Source: an uncultured Bacillota bacterium (GTDB taxonomy: Bacteria; Bacillota_I; Bacilli_A; RFN20; CAG-288). Taken from it: a DNA stretch of 64,000 bases. Below, one piece after another: positions 49,840-59,052 of this stretch. The DNA lies in NCBI GenBank assembly GCA_949282275.1, contig CASDOO010000002.1, positions 2,022-66,021 on the forward strand, in the 5' to 3' direction. Numbering within the stretch: the stretch's first letter is position 1; every line of letters starts with the position of its first letter. The translations under genes and the position numbers were made by a program. A model generated the notes under the pieces. That model was not told the DNA's origin. It made no database searches and saw only the letters and a list, made by a program, of their open reading frames with translations.

Positions 49840-51050
49840 AGACGCACCTTTCTCTTAGCGGCCTCAAGTGCCTTTTCCTCCAGGGATTTGTCCTCGCCCG
49901 GACTCTCCTCCGGATTCGAAATGGCCTTCCGGCGCTTTTGGTTCTTTGCGGCCTTCTTTCCTGCATCCTGGCTGTTGAGATAGACCATGGCATCATAGGC
50001 GGAATGAATCTGGTCACCCAGAAGCGAATAGGCCACTTTTTCAATATAAAGAGGCGTGAACTTTCCGTCCGTCTTCTTCAGCGAGTAGTCCAGGACGACA
50101 TTGATGATGGCATTTTCCAAATGGGTGTTCCGGGAAAGCTTCTCGATTTCCTCGAGCATGTATTCCGGGGGATTGGCGTTGAGGCGATAGGCAAGATATT
50201 CCTGAGGCGACAAAGTCGAAAGGACGGAAAGGAGCTTTCCCTTATAGTTTTCCTTGGTCTCGTTTCTGGCAAGCGGACGATAGTCCTTGAAGACACGGAT
50301 ATCCTCGCGGAAGGAATCCATGTGGAAATGCCTTTCCGTATCCGTGTTCTTCTCGATGAGGGCCATCGCATCCTCTTCCTTTATCCCATAAAGGGTCGCA
50401 AGCTCGAGGATTTCCGGGAAAAAGCTCTTGCAGGCTTGCGTCAATCCGGCTTCCCGGACATAGTTTTGAAGCTTCCCGGAATCGAAATCGGAAACGTTTC
50501 GATAGGATTTATCCTCGAAATCAACCTCGTTTTCCTCGGAGTTCGTTCCTTCCAGGGAATAAACATCTCCGATTCGGCTGGAAACATCGACAAACCCTTT
50601 GGGGACCCTCTCCGAGTCTTTGAACAAGAATAAAAGTTCTTGGTAAGCCTTTTTGCCAACCTGTTGCTCGAGAAGATTTCGGAGAATGATGTCCGAAAAG
50701 AATTTCCGCGGGCTTGCCGGCGGGTACAGGCGGAAAAGGAAAGCGACACTCCGCTTTCCTTCCACAAGGCTCTCCTTCCGGAAAGAGGAAACAAGTCCAA
50801 TGGCCTCGAGACTGGAAAAAGCCTCAAGAATAGTGGAAGGACGAAAACCCAACGCCTTTTCGAGGTCCTCGAAAAAAAAGGCGCCCTTTTTGGTCATAAG
50901 GGGAGCAAGCGAAAACAAGTAGCGGTAAAGGGCGTATCCCGTCCCAGAAACGAGAGGCAGATAAAGAAGGGACAGGACCGTCTCATCCGTCTCGGAAAGG
51001 GTGAAGTGGCTTACGATCGTAAAAGAAGCATTTTTCTCAATGATTTTCAT
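49836..51050 (-). CDS. dnaB: replication initiation/helicase-loading protein DnaB (Bacillus type, DnaD-like domains)
   Basis: N-terminus ...LSLLYLPLVSGTGYALYRYLFSL...LEAIGLV...YPPASPRKFF. C-terminal DnaD-like repeat (INVVLDYSLKKTDGKFTPLYIEKVAYSL). dnaB-dnaI synteny. Confidence 0.75.
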   Translation of the reverse strand: MKIIEKNASFTIVSHFTLSETDETVLSLLYLPLVSGTGYALYRYLFSLAPLMTKKGAFFFEDLEKALGFRPSTILEAFSSLEAIGLVSSFRKESLVEGKRSVAFLFRLYPPASPRKFFSDIILRNLLEQQVGKKAYQELLFLFKDSERVPKGFVDVSSRIGDVYSLEGTNSEENEVDFEDKSYRNVSDFDSGKLQNYVREAGLTQACKSFFPEILELATLYGIKEEDAMALIEKNTDTERHFHMDSFREDIRVFKDYRPLARNETKENYKGKLLSVLSTLSPQEYLAYRLNANPPEYMLEEIEKLSRNTHLENAIINVVLDYSLKKTDGKFTPLYIEKVAYSLLGDQIHSAYDAMVYLNSQDAGKKAAKNQKRRKAISNPEESPGEDKSLEEKALEAAKRKVRL

Positions 51051-51057
51051 CCACTCG

Positions 51058-51066
51058 ATTATAGCA
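51058..51066 (-). promoter_or_regulatory. extended -10 (TGcTATAAT) placed 7 nt before the dnaB-like ATG; leaderless-type promoter
   Basis: Minus strand reads TGCTATAAT-CGAGTGG-ATG. Confidence 0.4.
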
Positions 51067-51178
51067 TTTTCTTCCCTTGGATACGTTCATGGGAGGCAAT
51101 CTTTCCCTCATTCCGCCCATTTCGTCGGTTTTGCGTCAGGAAAGCGATTCAAATGTCGCTTTTCCCACTTTACGGAAA

Positions 51179-51207
51179 TTGATTTTACCAGGGTCCCTGT
51201 TTAGAAT
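51179..51207 (+). promoter_or_regulatory. candidate sigma-A promoter for pyk-glk-thrS (TTGATT-17-TAGAAT)
   Basis: TTGATTttaccagggtccctgttTAGAAT, about 75 nt upstream of the pyk ATG. Confidence 0.45.
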
Positions 51208-51281
51208 ATCCTTGTTTATTTTCGGTCATTCATTTTCACTGAATGAAGAGACGAGAATTCTGTATAGACAAGGAGAAAGAA

Positions 51282-52745
51282 ATGAATTACAGAATCGACA
51301 AAAAGACGAAGATCGTTTGCACCATTGGACCTGCCAGTCAGCAGAAGCCTGTCCTCACGGAGCTTCTCCGCAATGGCATGACCTGCATGAGACTGAACTT
51401 CTCCCATGGCGACCATGAGGAACAGCTTGGAAAGATCAAGACCCTTCGCGAAATCGAGAAGGAAGAGAACATCATCATCCCGATTTGTCTCGATACCAAG
51501 GGTCCCGAAATCCGGACCGGAAAGTTCGAAGGCGGAAAGGCTGCCTTCAAGGCGGGCGATGAGGTCCGTATCTATATGGGAACCGAAAGGATCGGAAACA
51601 CCAAGGCCTTCGGCGTCACCTACACCGGCCTTTATGACGATGTCCAGGTCGGCTCCGATATTCGTCTTGACGATGGCAATCTCGTCATGACCTGCATTGG
51701 CAAGGACGAAAAGACCCATGAGCTCATCATGAAGGTCCTCAACGACCATACCTGCAATGACAAGAGAGGCGTCAACTGCCCTGGTGCCCACCTGACAATG
51801 GATTATCTTTCTCCGCAGGACCGTTCCGATCTTATCTTCGGTTGCGAGAACCATGTCGACATCTGCTCCGCCTCCTTCGTCCGTACCGTCAACGACATCC
51901 GCGAAATCCGCAAGCTCTTCAAGGAGCATGGCGGCGAGAACATCCTCATCTTCTCCAAGGTCGAGAACACCGAGGCCATCGAGAACCTGGATGCCATCAT
52001 CGAGGAATCCGACGGTATCATGATTGCCAGAGGCGATCTCGGCATCGAGATTCCTCCGGAAATGGTTCCTGTCTATCAGAAATACATGATTCAAAAGTGC
52101 CGTCAGCTCGGAAAGCCGGTCATCACGGCCACCCAGATGCTCGATTCCATGATCCGCAACCCCTATCCGACCAGAGCCGAAGTCTCCGACGTTGCCTGGT
52201 CCATCGAGGAAGGCACCGATTGCGTCATGCTCTCCGGCGAGTCGGCAAACGGCGACTATCCTGTCCAGGCCGTTCAGATGCAGGCCCGCATCGCCAAGGT
52301 CATGGAAGAGCGCTTCGACTATGAGGCAGCCAGCCACCAGGCCTTCGATTCTTCCCGCAAGACGACGAATGATGCCATCGCCACTGCCGTTGCCGACACG
52401 GCTCAGATCGTCAACGCCAAGCTTATCGTCTGCTTCTCCGTCTCCGGCGCCACGGCCGTCCGTATCAGCAAGACAAGGCCGGTCTGCCCTGTCATCGTCG
52501 TTTCCTCCGACAGAGATGCTTTGGCCCATTCCATGCTCTACTACGCCAACTATCCCTATCTTGTCGAGAAAGTTCCTCAGTTCCTCGAGGAAATGGAAGT
52601 CCTGGCTCTCAAGATTGCCAAGGACTACAAGCTCGAAAAAGGCAGCAAGATCATCCTCACGGGTGGAACGCCTGTCGGAGCCGGAAAGACCAACTTCCTG
52701 AAGGTACTGTCCCTCAACGATCAGGGCGTCATCGACGAAGACTAA
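51282..52745 (+). CDS. pyk: pyruvate kinase
   Basis: KTKIVCTIGPAS, MRLNFSHG, DTKGPEIRTG, IMIARGDLGIEIP, and MLSGESANGDYP motifs. AGGAG SD before ATG 51282. Confidence 0.95.
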   Translation: MNYRIDKKTKIVCTIGPASQQKPVLTELLRNGMTCMRLNFSHGDHEEQLGKIKTLREIEKEENIIIPICLDTKGPEIRTGKFEGGKAAFKAGDEVRIYMGTERIGNTKAFGVTYTGLYDDVQVGSDIRLDDGNLVMTCIGKDEKTHELIMKVLNDHTCNDKRGVNCPGAHLTMDYLSPQDRSDLIFGCENHVDICSASFVRTVNDIREIRKLFKEHGGENILIFSKVENTEAIENLDAIIEESDGIMIARGDLGIEIPPEMVPVYQKYMIQKCRQLGKPVITATQMLDSMIRNPYPTRAEVSDVAWSIEEGTDCVMLSGESANGDYPVQAVQMQARIAKVMEERFDYEAASHQAFDSSRKTTNDAIATAVADTAQIVNAKLIVCFSVSGATAVRISKTRPVCPVIVVSSDRDALAHSMLYYANYPYLVEKVPQFLEEMEVLALKIAKDYKLEKGSKIILTGGTPVGAGKTNFLKVLSLNDQGVIDED

Positions 52746-52766
52746 AAGGCAAAGGAGCATACAGGT

Positions 52767-53645
52767 ATGTCCAAGAATCTTATTGCGATCGACTGCGGTG
52801 GCACGAATCTTCGTGTCGCCATGATGGACGAGGAGCTCAACATCAAGGCTGTCCACAGGGTTCCCTCCATCAAGAACGATCCCGCCAAGCTCTGCGACCG
52901 CATGATCGAACTCATCGCAACCGTGGAGGAAGAGTCCGGCCTTAAGAAGGATGCCATCGGCATGTCCATCTGCGGTGTCGTCAGCCACAACCGCGTCGGC
53001 CGTTGCGGAAATCTCGGAATCGAGTTCGGCTACGATTTCCATGGTCGCTTCAGCGAAACCTTCTCGGGCATCCCTGTGCGTATCGCAAACGATGGCAATT
53101 GCTCCGCCTATGTCGAAAGCCGTTTCGGCGTCAACAAAGGCTATCTCGATTCCGGATTCATCACCATTTCCTCCGGCATCGGTATTGGCATTGTCCACAA
53201 CGGCGAAATGATCGACCTTCCGATGGAAGCCGGAAGGCAGGTCATCGAATACTGCGACAAGCTCTACGAGGCCGAATATCTTTGCTCCGGAAACGGCATC
53301 GTCCGTCTCTGTGCACGCGAAGGACTGACCATCCCCAACGCCAAGACCTTCTTCGACCTTGTCAAGGAAAACGACAAGGAAGCCCGCCGCATCTACAACA
53401 TCTGGCTCCGCCTTTTGGGAACATGGCTTGGAAACCTCCAGCTCCTCTTCAATTGCAATTCCTATGCCCTCTCCGGCGGAACGTGGCAGGCCAGCGCTGT
53501 CTATAAGGAAGATCTTGCCAAGGTCGCCAATGCCACCATCGCTTCCTGGCACATCAATCCGATCGTCCTTCGTTCTGCCAAGTATGACCAAGACGTCGGT
53601 CTTGCCGGCGCCGCCTCGCTCGCTCTCCACGAATTGGAGAAGTGA
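52767..53645 (+). CDS. glk: ROK-family glucokinase
   Basis: LIAIDCGGTNLRVA ATP-binding start, ANDGNCSA, GIGIGIV. AAAGGAG SD. Confidence 0.85.
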   Translation: MSKNLIAIDCGGTNLRVAMMDEELNIKAVHRVPSIKNDPAKLCDRMIELIATVEEESGLKKDAIGMSICGVVSHNRVGRCGNLGIEFGYDFHGRFSETFSGIPVRIANDGNCSAYVESRFGVNKGYLDSGFITISSGIGIGIVHNGEMIDLPMEAGRQVIEYCDKLYEAEYLCSGNGIVRLCAREGLTIPNAKTFFDLVKENDKEARRIYNIWLRLLGTWLGNLQLLFNCNSYALSGGTWQASAVYKEDLAKVANATIASWHINPIVLRSAKYDQDVGLAGAASLALHELEK

Positions 53646-53660
53646 AGAAAGAAGAACAAC

Positions 53661-55589
53661 ATGTACATTTTCCTGCCTGACAAATCCAAGAAGAGCCTTC
53701 CCGACGGTTCCACCGCCCTCGATGCCTGCAAGGCAATTTCCCTTTCCCTCTCCAAGGAGGCCATCTGCGCCAAGGTCAATGGCTCCCTCTTTGACTTGAC
53801 CGAGAAGCTTCCGGATGGCTGCACCTTCGAGGCCATTACCGCGAAATCCCCGGAGGCCTTGGAAATTCTCCGTCATTCCGCGGCCCACCTCATGGCCCAG
53901 GCCATCAAGCATCTCTATCCCACGGCCCAGTTTGCCTATGGTCCTGCCACGGAGGAAGGCTTCTATTACGATGTCCGCTTTGACCATCCGCTCTCCGAGA
54001 ACCAGGACCTCCCCAAGATTGAGCAGGAGATGCGGAAGATCGTCTCCCAAAACGAGAAGATCGTTCGCGAGGACGTCACGGCAGAGGAAGCCAAGGCCCT
54101 TTTTGCCAATCAGAAATACAAGCTCATCCATATCGATGAGCTCTCTTCCCAGGGCGAAAGCCTTAGCGTCTATCGTCAGGGCGATTTCGTCGATCTCTGC
54201 CTTGGTCCCCACATGCGCTCCACCGGCCAGATCAAGGCCTTCAAGCTGATGTCCACTTCCTCCTGCTACTTCAAGGGCGACAAGAACAACGATAGCCTGA
54301 CCCGTATCTACGGAACGGCTTTCTTCTCCCAGAAGGATCTGGAGGACTATCTCCGCATCCTTGAGGAAAGGAAGGAGAGCGACCACAAGAAGATCGGCCG
54401 CGAGATGGGTCTCTTCATGATTTCCGACTACGGCCCCGGCTTCCCCTTCTGGCTTCCCAACGGCATGATCCTCCGCCACGAGCTCGAGGAGTTCTGGTGG
54501 AAGCTCATGGTCGACAATGGCTACAAGGTCGTCAAGACCCCGCAGATCCTTTCCCGCGAGCTCTGGGAGACTTCCGGCCATTGGCGCGAGTACAAGAAGA
54601 ACATGTACATCACCAAGATCGACGGCAAGCCCTTCGCCATCAAGCCGATGAACTGCCCGGGCGCCATCCTCGTCTACGGAAACGACCTCCACTCCTATCG
54701 CGATCTCCCGCTTCGCATCGCCGAACTCGGCCTTGTCCATCGCCATGAGGCTAGCGGTGCCCTCAACGGCCTCTTCCGCGTCCGCTGCTTCACCCAGGAC
54801 GACGCCCACGTCTTCCTCCCCTTCGATCAGATCGGAAGCGAGATCCGCCAGCTCCTCAAGATCTTCGACTATGTCTATTCCCTCTTCGGCCTGGAGTACC
54901 ACATCGAGCTTTCGACCCGTCCCTTGGACAAGTACGTCGGAAAGATCTCGACCTGGAACAAGGCCGAGGCGGAACTCAAGGCCTGCCTCGAGGAGAACAA
55001 GATTCCCTATGTCATCAATCCCGGCGACGGCGCCTTCTATGGCCCGAAGCTGGACTTCAAGTTCAAGGATTCCCTCAATCGCGTCTGGCAATGCGGAACC
55101 ATCCAGCTTGACATGCAGCTTCCCCATCGCTTCCACCTCTCCTATGTCGACAAGGACGGCGAGAAGAAGGAGCCGGTCATGCTCCATCGTGCCATCTTCG
55201 GTTCCATAGAGCGTTTCGTCGGCATCATCACCGAGAACTTCAAGGGTTCCTTCCCGACGTGGCTTGCCCCGGAGCAGGTCCGCATCCTTCCCGTCTCCCC
55301 GACCGACGAAAGCCAGCTTGCCTACGCGAGGGCCCTCCTTGCCAAGCTGAAGCGTCATGGCGTCCGTGCCTCGCTTGACGACCGCAACGAGAAGCTCAAC
55401 TATCGCATCCACGATTCCCAGACGATGAAGGTCAGCTACACACTCGTCATCGGCGCCAAGGAAGCGGAATCCGATCTCGTCACTTACCGTATCCACAAGG
55501 CCAAGGATACCCGTACCATTGCCTCCAAGGACTTCATCCGTCTCCTTCTCAAGGACATCCAGGAAAAGAAGGCGACCCGTTCCTACTGA
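53661..55589 (+). CDS. thrS: threonyl-tRNA synthetase
   Basis: 642 aa. TGS domain, editing-domain HxxxH (RHSAAHLMAQA), and class II motifs (HRHEASGALNGLFRVRCFTQDDAHVF, GDGAFYGPKLD, MLHRAIFGSIERF). Confidence 0.96.
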   Translation: MYIFLPDKSKKSLPDGSTALDACKAISLSLSKEAICAKVNGSLFDLTEKLPDGCTFEAITAKSPEALEILRHSAAHLMAQAIKHLYPTAQFAYGPATEEGFYYDVRFDHPLSENQDLPKIEQEMRKIVSQNEKIVREDVTAEEAKALFANQKYKLIHIDELSSQGESLSVYRQGDFVDLCLGPHMRSTGQIKAFKLMSTSSCYFKGDKNNDSLTRIYGTAFFSQKDLEDYLRILEERKESDHKKIGREMGLFMISDYGPGFPFWLPNGMILRHELEEFWWKLMVDNGYKVVKTPQILSRELWETSGHWREYKKNMYITKIDGKPFAIKPMNCPGAILVYGNDLHSYRDLPLRIAELGLVHRHEASGALNGLFRVRCFTQDDAHVFLPFDQIGSEIRQLLKIFDYVYSLFGLEYHIELSTRPLDKYVGKISTWNKAEAELKACLEENKIPYVINPGDGAFYGPKLDFKFKDSLNRVWQCGTIQLDMQLPHRFHLSYVDKDGEKKEPVMLHRAIFGSIERFVGIITENFKGSFPTWLAPEQVRILPVSPTDESQLAYARALLAKLKRHGVRASLDDRNEKLNYRIHDSQTMKVSYTLVIGAKEAESDLVTYRIHKAKDTRTIASKDFIRLLLKDIQEKKATRSY

Positions 55590-55606
55590 CACGAGACGAT
55601 ACGCAA

Positions 55607-55630
55607 CCCCTCCTCGTCGAGGGGTTTTTT
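55607..55630 (+). terminator. rho-independent terminator after thrS
   Basis: CCCCTC-ctcgtc-GAGGGG followed by T6. Confidence 0.85.
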
Positions 55631-55637
55631 CATATTG

Positions 55638-55662
55638 AAAAAGACCGGCCTTATGCCGGTCT
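55638..55662 (-). terminator. rho-independent terminator ending the mraZ-rsmH operon
   Basis: Minus strand reads AGACCGGC-ataag-GCCGGTCT followed by T5. Two weaker hairpins lie upstream at about 55674-55697 and 55717-55733. Confidence 0.8.
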
Positions 55663-55746
55663 CAATGGGTCTAGAAGCCGCAAGGGGGCGCGGCTTTCAG
55701 AAAGGAGGTTATTGGAAAACGGCATTCCTGCCGTTGTCTGGCGAAT

Positions 55747-55965
55747 TCAGAATCCCTGGTTGAGGATGTCGCCGCCATCCTCTTCCTCGTATTGGATGGT
55801 CAGCGTCGACTCGAAGGGGTTCGTCCCGGGATTGGCGTTGGCATGGAGGATATAGACAAGGGAGACCGCGGAGAAGGCCAAGGCAAAAAGGGTTATGCAG
55901 AAGCATGCTCTTTTCAGGCGGTGGCTGGACTTGCGGACGTTGGTCCGCCTGAGGCGGTCTTTCAT
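55747..55965 (-). CDS. small single-pass membrane protein in the FtsL position of the dcw cluster
   Basis: 72 aa. Basic N-terminus, then one TM helix (CFCITLFALAFSAVSLVYIL). AAGGAG lies 10 nt upstream, inside the rsmH 3' end. The assignment rests on position only. Confidence 0.4.
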   Translation of the reverse strand: MKDRLRRTNVRKSSHRLKRACFCITLFALAFSAVSLVYILHANANPGTNPFESTLTIQYEEEDGGDILNQGF

Positions 55966-55971
55966 CGCTTG

Positions 55972-56910
55972 CTATCTCCTTTTCTCGATTGCCCTCAGGA
56001 TGGCGCTTTTGGCTCTGTTGTTCCTTTCCAGTTCGTCCTTGGTGGGGACGATGGGCTTGCGCGTCAGCTCGAGGAACTGCGGCTCGTCTTCGACCTGCGG
56101 GAGGAACTTGTCGACGGCCTTTCGCCGGCCATGCCTCCGGAAGCATTCCTTCACGATGCGGTCTTCCTCGAAGTTGAAGGCGATGACCGCAAGCCTTCCG
56201 CCGGGGCTGAGAAAGTCGAGGGCTTCCTCGAGGCCCTTTTCGAGCTGCTCGAGTTCCCCGTTGACTTCGTATCGCAGAGCGAGGAAGAACTGTTTTGCGG
56301 GATGTCCTTTCTTGCCCAGCTCCTTTGCCGGCAGGCTTTCCTTGATCGTCTCGACGAGCTTCATCGTCGTGTCGATCCTTTCGACTCGTCTCTTCTCGAC
56401 AATCCGTCTGCTGACAAGGTTGGCGTAGGAGCATTGGGCGTTCCTGCGGAACATCTCGGTCAGTTGCCTTTCCGAGTACTGCATCACGATGTCCTCGGCC
56501 GTCCGTCCTGTCTCGTTGTCCATCCGCATGTCCAGGGGCCCATCAAAGCGATAGGAGAATCCCCTTTCGGGCGTATCGAACTGCGGCGAGGAGACGCCGA
56601 TGTCCATCAGGATGAAGTCCGCCTTGTCGATACCCTCCCGGCGTATTGCCGGAAAGGCTTGGGCGTAGGCTGAATGCAGATAGACCCTCCGGATTCCCGA
56701 GAACGGCTTCAGCCTTTGCTCGGATTCCTCCAGCGCTTTTCTGTCCCTATCGACCCCGACGAAGATGCTTCCCTTCTCCAGTCTTTCCAGGATCGCACTG
56801 GCATGTCCCGCACGGCCCAGCGTCAAATCGAGATACACGATCTTGCCATTGGGAACAAACGAGACGACTTCCTTCAGAAGGACGGGGACATGGCACGTGT
56901 TTTCGCTCAT
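55972..56910 (-). CDS. rsmH: 16S rRNA (cytosine1402-N4)-methyltransferase
   Basis: HVPVLLKEV...DLTLGRAGH...MDIGVSSPQFD...DMRMD motifs. mraZ-rsmH synteny. Confidence 0.93.
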   Translation of the reverse strand: MSENTCHVPVLLKEVVSFVPNGKIVYLDLTLGRAGHASAILERLEKGSIFVGVDRDRKALEESEQRLKPFSGIRRVYLHSAYAQAFPAIRREGIDKADFILMDIGVSSPQFDTPERGFSYRFDGPLDMRMDNETGRTAEDIVMQYSERQLTEMFRRNAQCSYANLVSRRIVEKRRVERIDTTMKLVETIKESLPAKELGKKGHPAKQFFLALRYEVNGELEQLEKGLEEALDFLSPGGRLAVIAFNFEEDRIVKECFRRHGRRKAVDKFLPQVEDEPQFLELTRKPIVPTKDELERNNRAKSAILRAIEKRR

Positions 56911-57341
56911 CCGTGCCTTCCCATCAGTTCCTGGGCATTCTTGGAGAAGTTCTCCTGTTCGAACGCTTCCTGCTTCCCGTATTCTTCCTTGTCCCAGATT
57001 TCGACATGGTCCATCACGCCGACAATGACGACTTTGCGACCCAAGCCCAGCTTTTCGGTGAGCTCGCGCGGAAGAAGGATCCGATTATGGGAATCGATCT
57101 GGAGGCAGAACGTGTTGCTCATGAAGGTACGCTTGGTCATGCGGGCGACCGGATCGAATTCGTCCAGGCTCGCGATGAACTGCGCCTTCTTCTCATAGAC
57201 GGACGTCGGGAAAGCTTCGATGCAATGATCGAGACCCAGGGTGACGTAGATTTCGCCGCCCTGGAAGTCGTTGCGGTAGAGCGTCGGCAGGACCATCCTG
57301 TTCTTGTCGTCGATGGTCTGCTCCTTCTTTCCGATGAACAT
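56907..57341 (-). CDS. mraZ: transcriptional regulator MraZ
   Basis: 144 aa from ATG 57341 (MFIGKKEQTIDDKNRMVLP... and a second DSHNRILLP repeat). The upstream 60 codons of the ORF track were rejected. Confidence 0.9.
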   Translation of the reverse strand: MFIGKKEQTIDDKNRMVLPTLYRNDFQGGEIYVTLGLDHCIEAFPTSVYEKKAQFIASLDEFDPVARMTKRTFMSNTFCLQIDSHNRILLPRELTEKLGLGRKVVIVGVMDHVEIWDKEEYGKQEAFEQENFSKNAQELMGRHG

Positions 57342-57349
57342 CTTCTTCT

Positions 57350-57374
57350 CCCACTTACGCCCACAATTATACAC
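57350..57374 (-). promoter_or_regulatory. MraZ operator: three 10-bp-phased direct repeats GTGTA-N5-GTGGG-N5-GTGGG
   Basis: Minus strand reads GTGTAtaattGTGGGcgtaaGTGGGagaagaagATG. It overlaps the -10 and the start region of the mraZ promoter. Confidence 0.6.
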
Positions 57375-57394
57375 TCTCTCCCATGCCATAGCAA
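57366..57394 (-). promoter_or_regulatory. candidate mraZ promoter (TTGCTA-17-TATAAT)
   Basis: Minus strand reads TTGCTAtggcatgggagagagtgTATAAT, 24 nt upstream of the ATG, with GGGAG as SD. Confidence 0.5.
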
Positions 57395-57534
57395 CGAAAA
57401 ATGAATTTTCAATGTCTTTTCCCATTTTCCGTTCCATCAGGACATGGATGCAAACACAGGAAAATGCCGATTCCTTCGGCGTTTTTCCCTTTGCCATGGA
57501 AAGCTTTCCCCTTCCGCGCATTCCGTTTTCGCCG

Positions 57535-57549
57535 GTGGGAGACCGTGGG
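57535..57549 (+). promoter_or_regulatory. distal pair of MraZ-type boxes (GTGGG-N5-GTGGG) in inverted orientation
   Basis: Plus strand reads gccgGTGGGagaccGTGGGcgg. It lies about 185 bp from the proximal operator. Confidence 0.4.
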
Positions 57550-57601
57550 CGGGAAATCCCAATCCATGGCCAGAATCAACCCATCCGAAACGGTCCGCAC
57601 C

Positions 57602-57627
57602 AAAAAGGCCGCCCTTTTGAGGCGGCC
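57602..57627 (-). terminator. rho-independent terminator after the yceD-like gene
   Basis: Minus strand reads GGCCGCC-tcaaaag-GGCGGCC followed by T5. Confidence 0.8.
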
Positions 57628-57650
57628 ACAAAGGAGTCATGATCCTCTTT

Positions 57651-58166
57651 CTACTTTTCCTCATCGAAGAAGGCGTCCAAGGCATCGAACGGACTCTCCT
57701 TCCTCTTCGACCTTTCGTATTCCTCTTCGCTCATCAGGACATAGTCCTTCGTTTCCACGCGCGTCAGGGGGACGGCGGAATAGTTTGGCGGGACGGCGTC
57801 GTGGAGCAGGGAGAGGAAGGTCCCGCGGAGGTCGAAATGACCGTCCTTTTCCATCGGGATGTCGCTTGCCTCCATATCCTTCACGTCAAGGACGAGCTGG
57901 ACATCGTCCTGTATCGGAAGCTCCCTTTCGCTGCCGTCATGGCCATCTCTCACGATCGCGACGCCCGTCAGGACGACACTGGCCTCATAGACGGGATTCT
58001 TGCCGACGATCGTCACGTCGAGCCGTCCGTCTTGGAAGGCGAGGATGTTGGGGAAGCCTTTTCCTTCCTCCTCGGCAAGGGAAACGTCAAAGGAAACCGA
58101 GCTCCCTTCAACACGAAGGACGTAGTCGGGATCCAGAAGGAGGCACGTGCCATCCCGATTAGGCAT
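57651..58166 (-). CDS. yceD: YceD/DUF177 family protein
   Basis: 172 aa from ATG 58166. Acidic, with a ...DIPMEKDGHFDLRGTFLSLLHDAVP... pattern and a C-terminal acidic tail typical of DUF177. Confidence 0.75.
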   Translation of the reverse strand: MPNRDGTCLLLDPDYVLRVEGSSVSFDVSLAEEEGKGFPNILAFQDGRLDVTIVGKNPVYEASVVLTGVAIVRDGHDGSERELPIQDDVQLVLDVKDMEASDIPMEKDGHFDLRGTFLSLLHDAVPPNYSAVPLTRVETKDYVLMSEEEYERSKRKESPFDALDAFFDEEK

Positions 58167-59052
58167 GGCATTCCTCCGGAAGGAGAAGATTCCGCGAAAG
58201 AAGGTCCTGGCGAACCTTTTCCATGACACGGCGGATGTCGGGGTGGGCAAAGGGGGAGCAACGAAGCGAAAGGATATGGAGCCATTCCTTGAGGGAGCAA
58301 GTCACCATGATGGAGGCCTTGAGGGCGTTCGGAAGGACGCTCCTGGCCTCTTCCGGCCGGGCCCCGGAGGAAAGAAGGGCAAAATAGGCATCGGCGGCAG
58401 CCTGGAAGAAGGCATCATAGATGCCTTTCATCTCTTCATAGCGCTGCGGACGGATAAAGGTCAGGCAATGCTCGAACTTGTCCTTCGAATAGTTGCAATA
58501 GCGCGTCGACTCCTGGGCGAAGGAACAGGGGCGGTGGCGGACAAGCTCATGGGTGACGCCCCTGTCCGTCACGATGTGATAGGTCGGATAGACGCAAAGG
58601 AGGAAGTGCTCGCGCGTGAGTCCTTCCGTTTCGGGCCTTGTCCGAATCGCGCCAGGACAGGACTCGCAAGCGGGAAGAAGGGCGCGGATTTCCGGATCCA
58701 GCGCGGACATGAGGCAGGAATAGGCCTTCCTTTTCTCCCCAGAGGCCTCCAGAAGCGGACGCAGGGAAGTGGACACATAATAGCGTCCCCCATCCTCGAA
58801 ACGCTCCTGATAGGCATCGTCGAAAAGGCGGATACGGCGATAGCATGCCTCATCGAGGCGGAAAAGGAAGCGATAGTGCTCGATCATGGCAAGATGGCCG
58901 TTGGCAATCAGGCGCGAAAGGAAGAGGACGTTGTTGGCGTGGTCCTTCTTTCCCACCTGGTAGCAGTTGTGGGCGACGAGGGCGACATGGTCGAAGAAGT
59001 CCTCGGCACGGACAGGGGAGGCCGAATCCTCCACCAGGCGAAAGCTAGGCAT
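58159..59052 (-). CDS. thyX: FAD-dependent thymidylate synthase ThyX
   Basis: ThyX signature RHRPCSFAQESTRY. 297 aa, longer than many ThyX proteins. Confidence 0.88.
   Translation of the reverse strand: MPSFRLVEDSASPVRAEDFFDHVALVAHNCYQVGKKDHANNVLFLSRLIANGHLAMIEHYRFLFRLDEACYRRIRLFDDAYQERFEDGGRYYVSTSLRPLLEASGEKRKAYSCLMSALDPEIRALLPACESCPGAIRTRPETEGLTREHFLLCVYPTYHIVTDRGVTHELVRHRPCSFAQESTRYCNYSKDKFEHCLTFIRPQRYEEMKGIYDAFFQAAADAYFALLSSGARPEEARSVLPNALKASIMVTCSLKEWLHILSLRCSPFAHPDIRRVMEKVRQDLLSRNLLLPEECHA

Noticed and set aside
51216-55592. A 1458-aa minus-strand ORF spanning the complement of pyk, glk and thrS.
   Set aside because: It is exactly codon-aligned antisense to three well-supported + strand genes that share one frame. 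It stays open only because the sense genes avoid TTA, CTA and TCA codons. Its low-complexity translation (G/D/E/L/A/V-rich) has no recognisable domains and no SD. It is a shadow ORF.
55701-55860. The plus-strand AAAGGAGG followed by a TTG-initiated ~50-codon ORF, antisense to the ftsL-like gene.
   Set aside because: It overlaps terminator hairpins and an SD-supported minus-strand gene. Its composition is not protein-like, and the SD-like sequence is most simply a chance match.
57409-57603. A 64-aa TTG-initiated ORF downstream of yceD, examined as a possible rpmF (L32).
   Set aside because: It has no resemblance to L32 (no MAVPKRK-type N-terminus), no SD, and it starts inside the yceD terminator.
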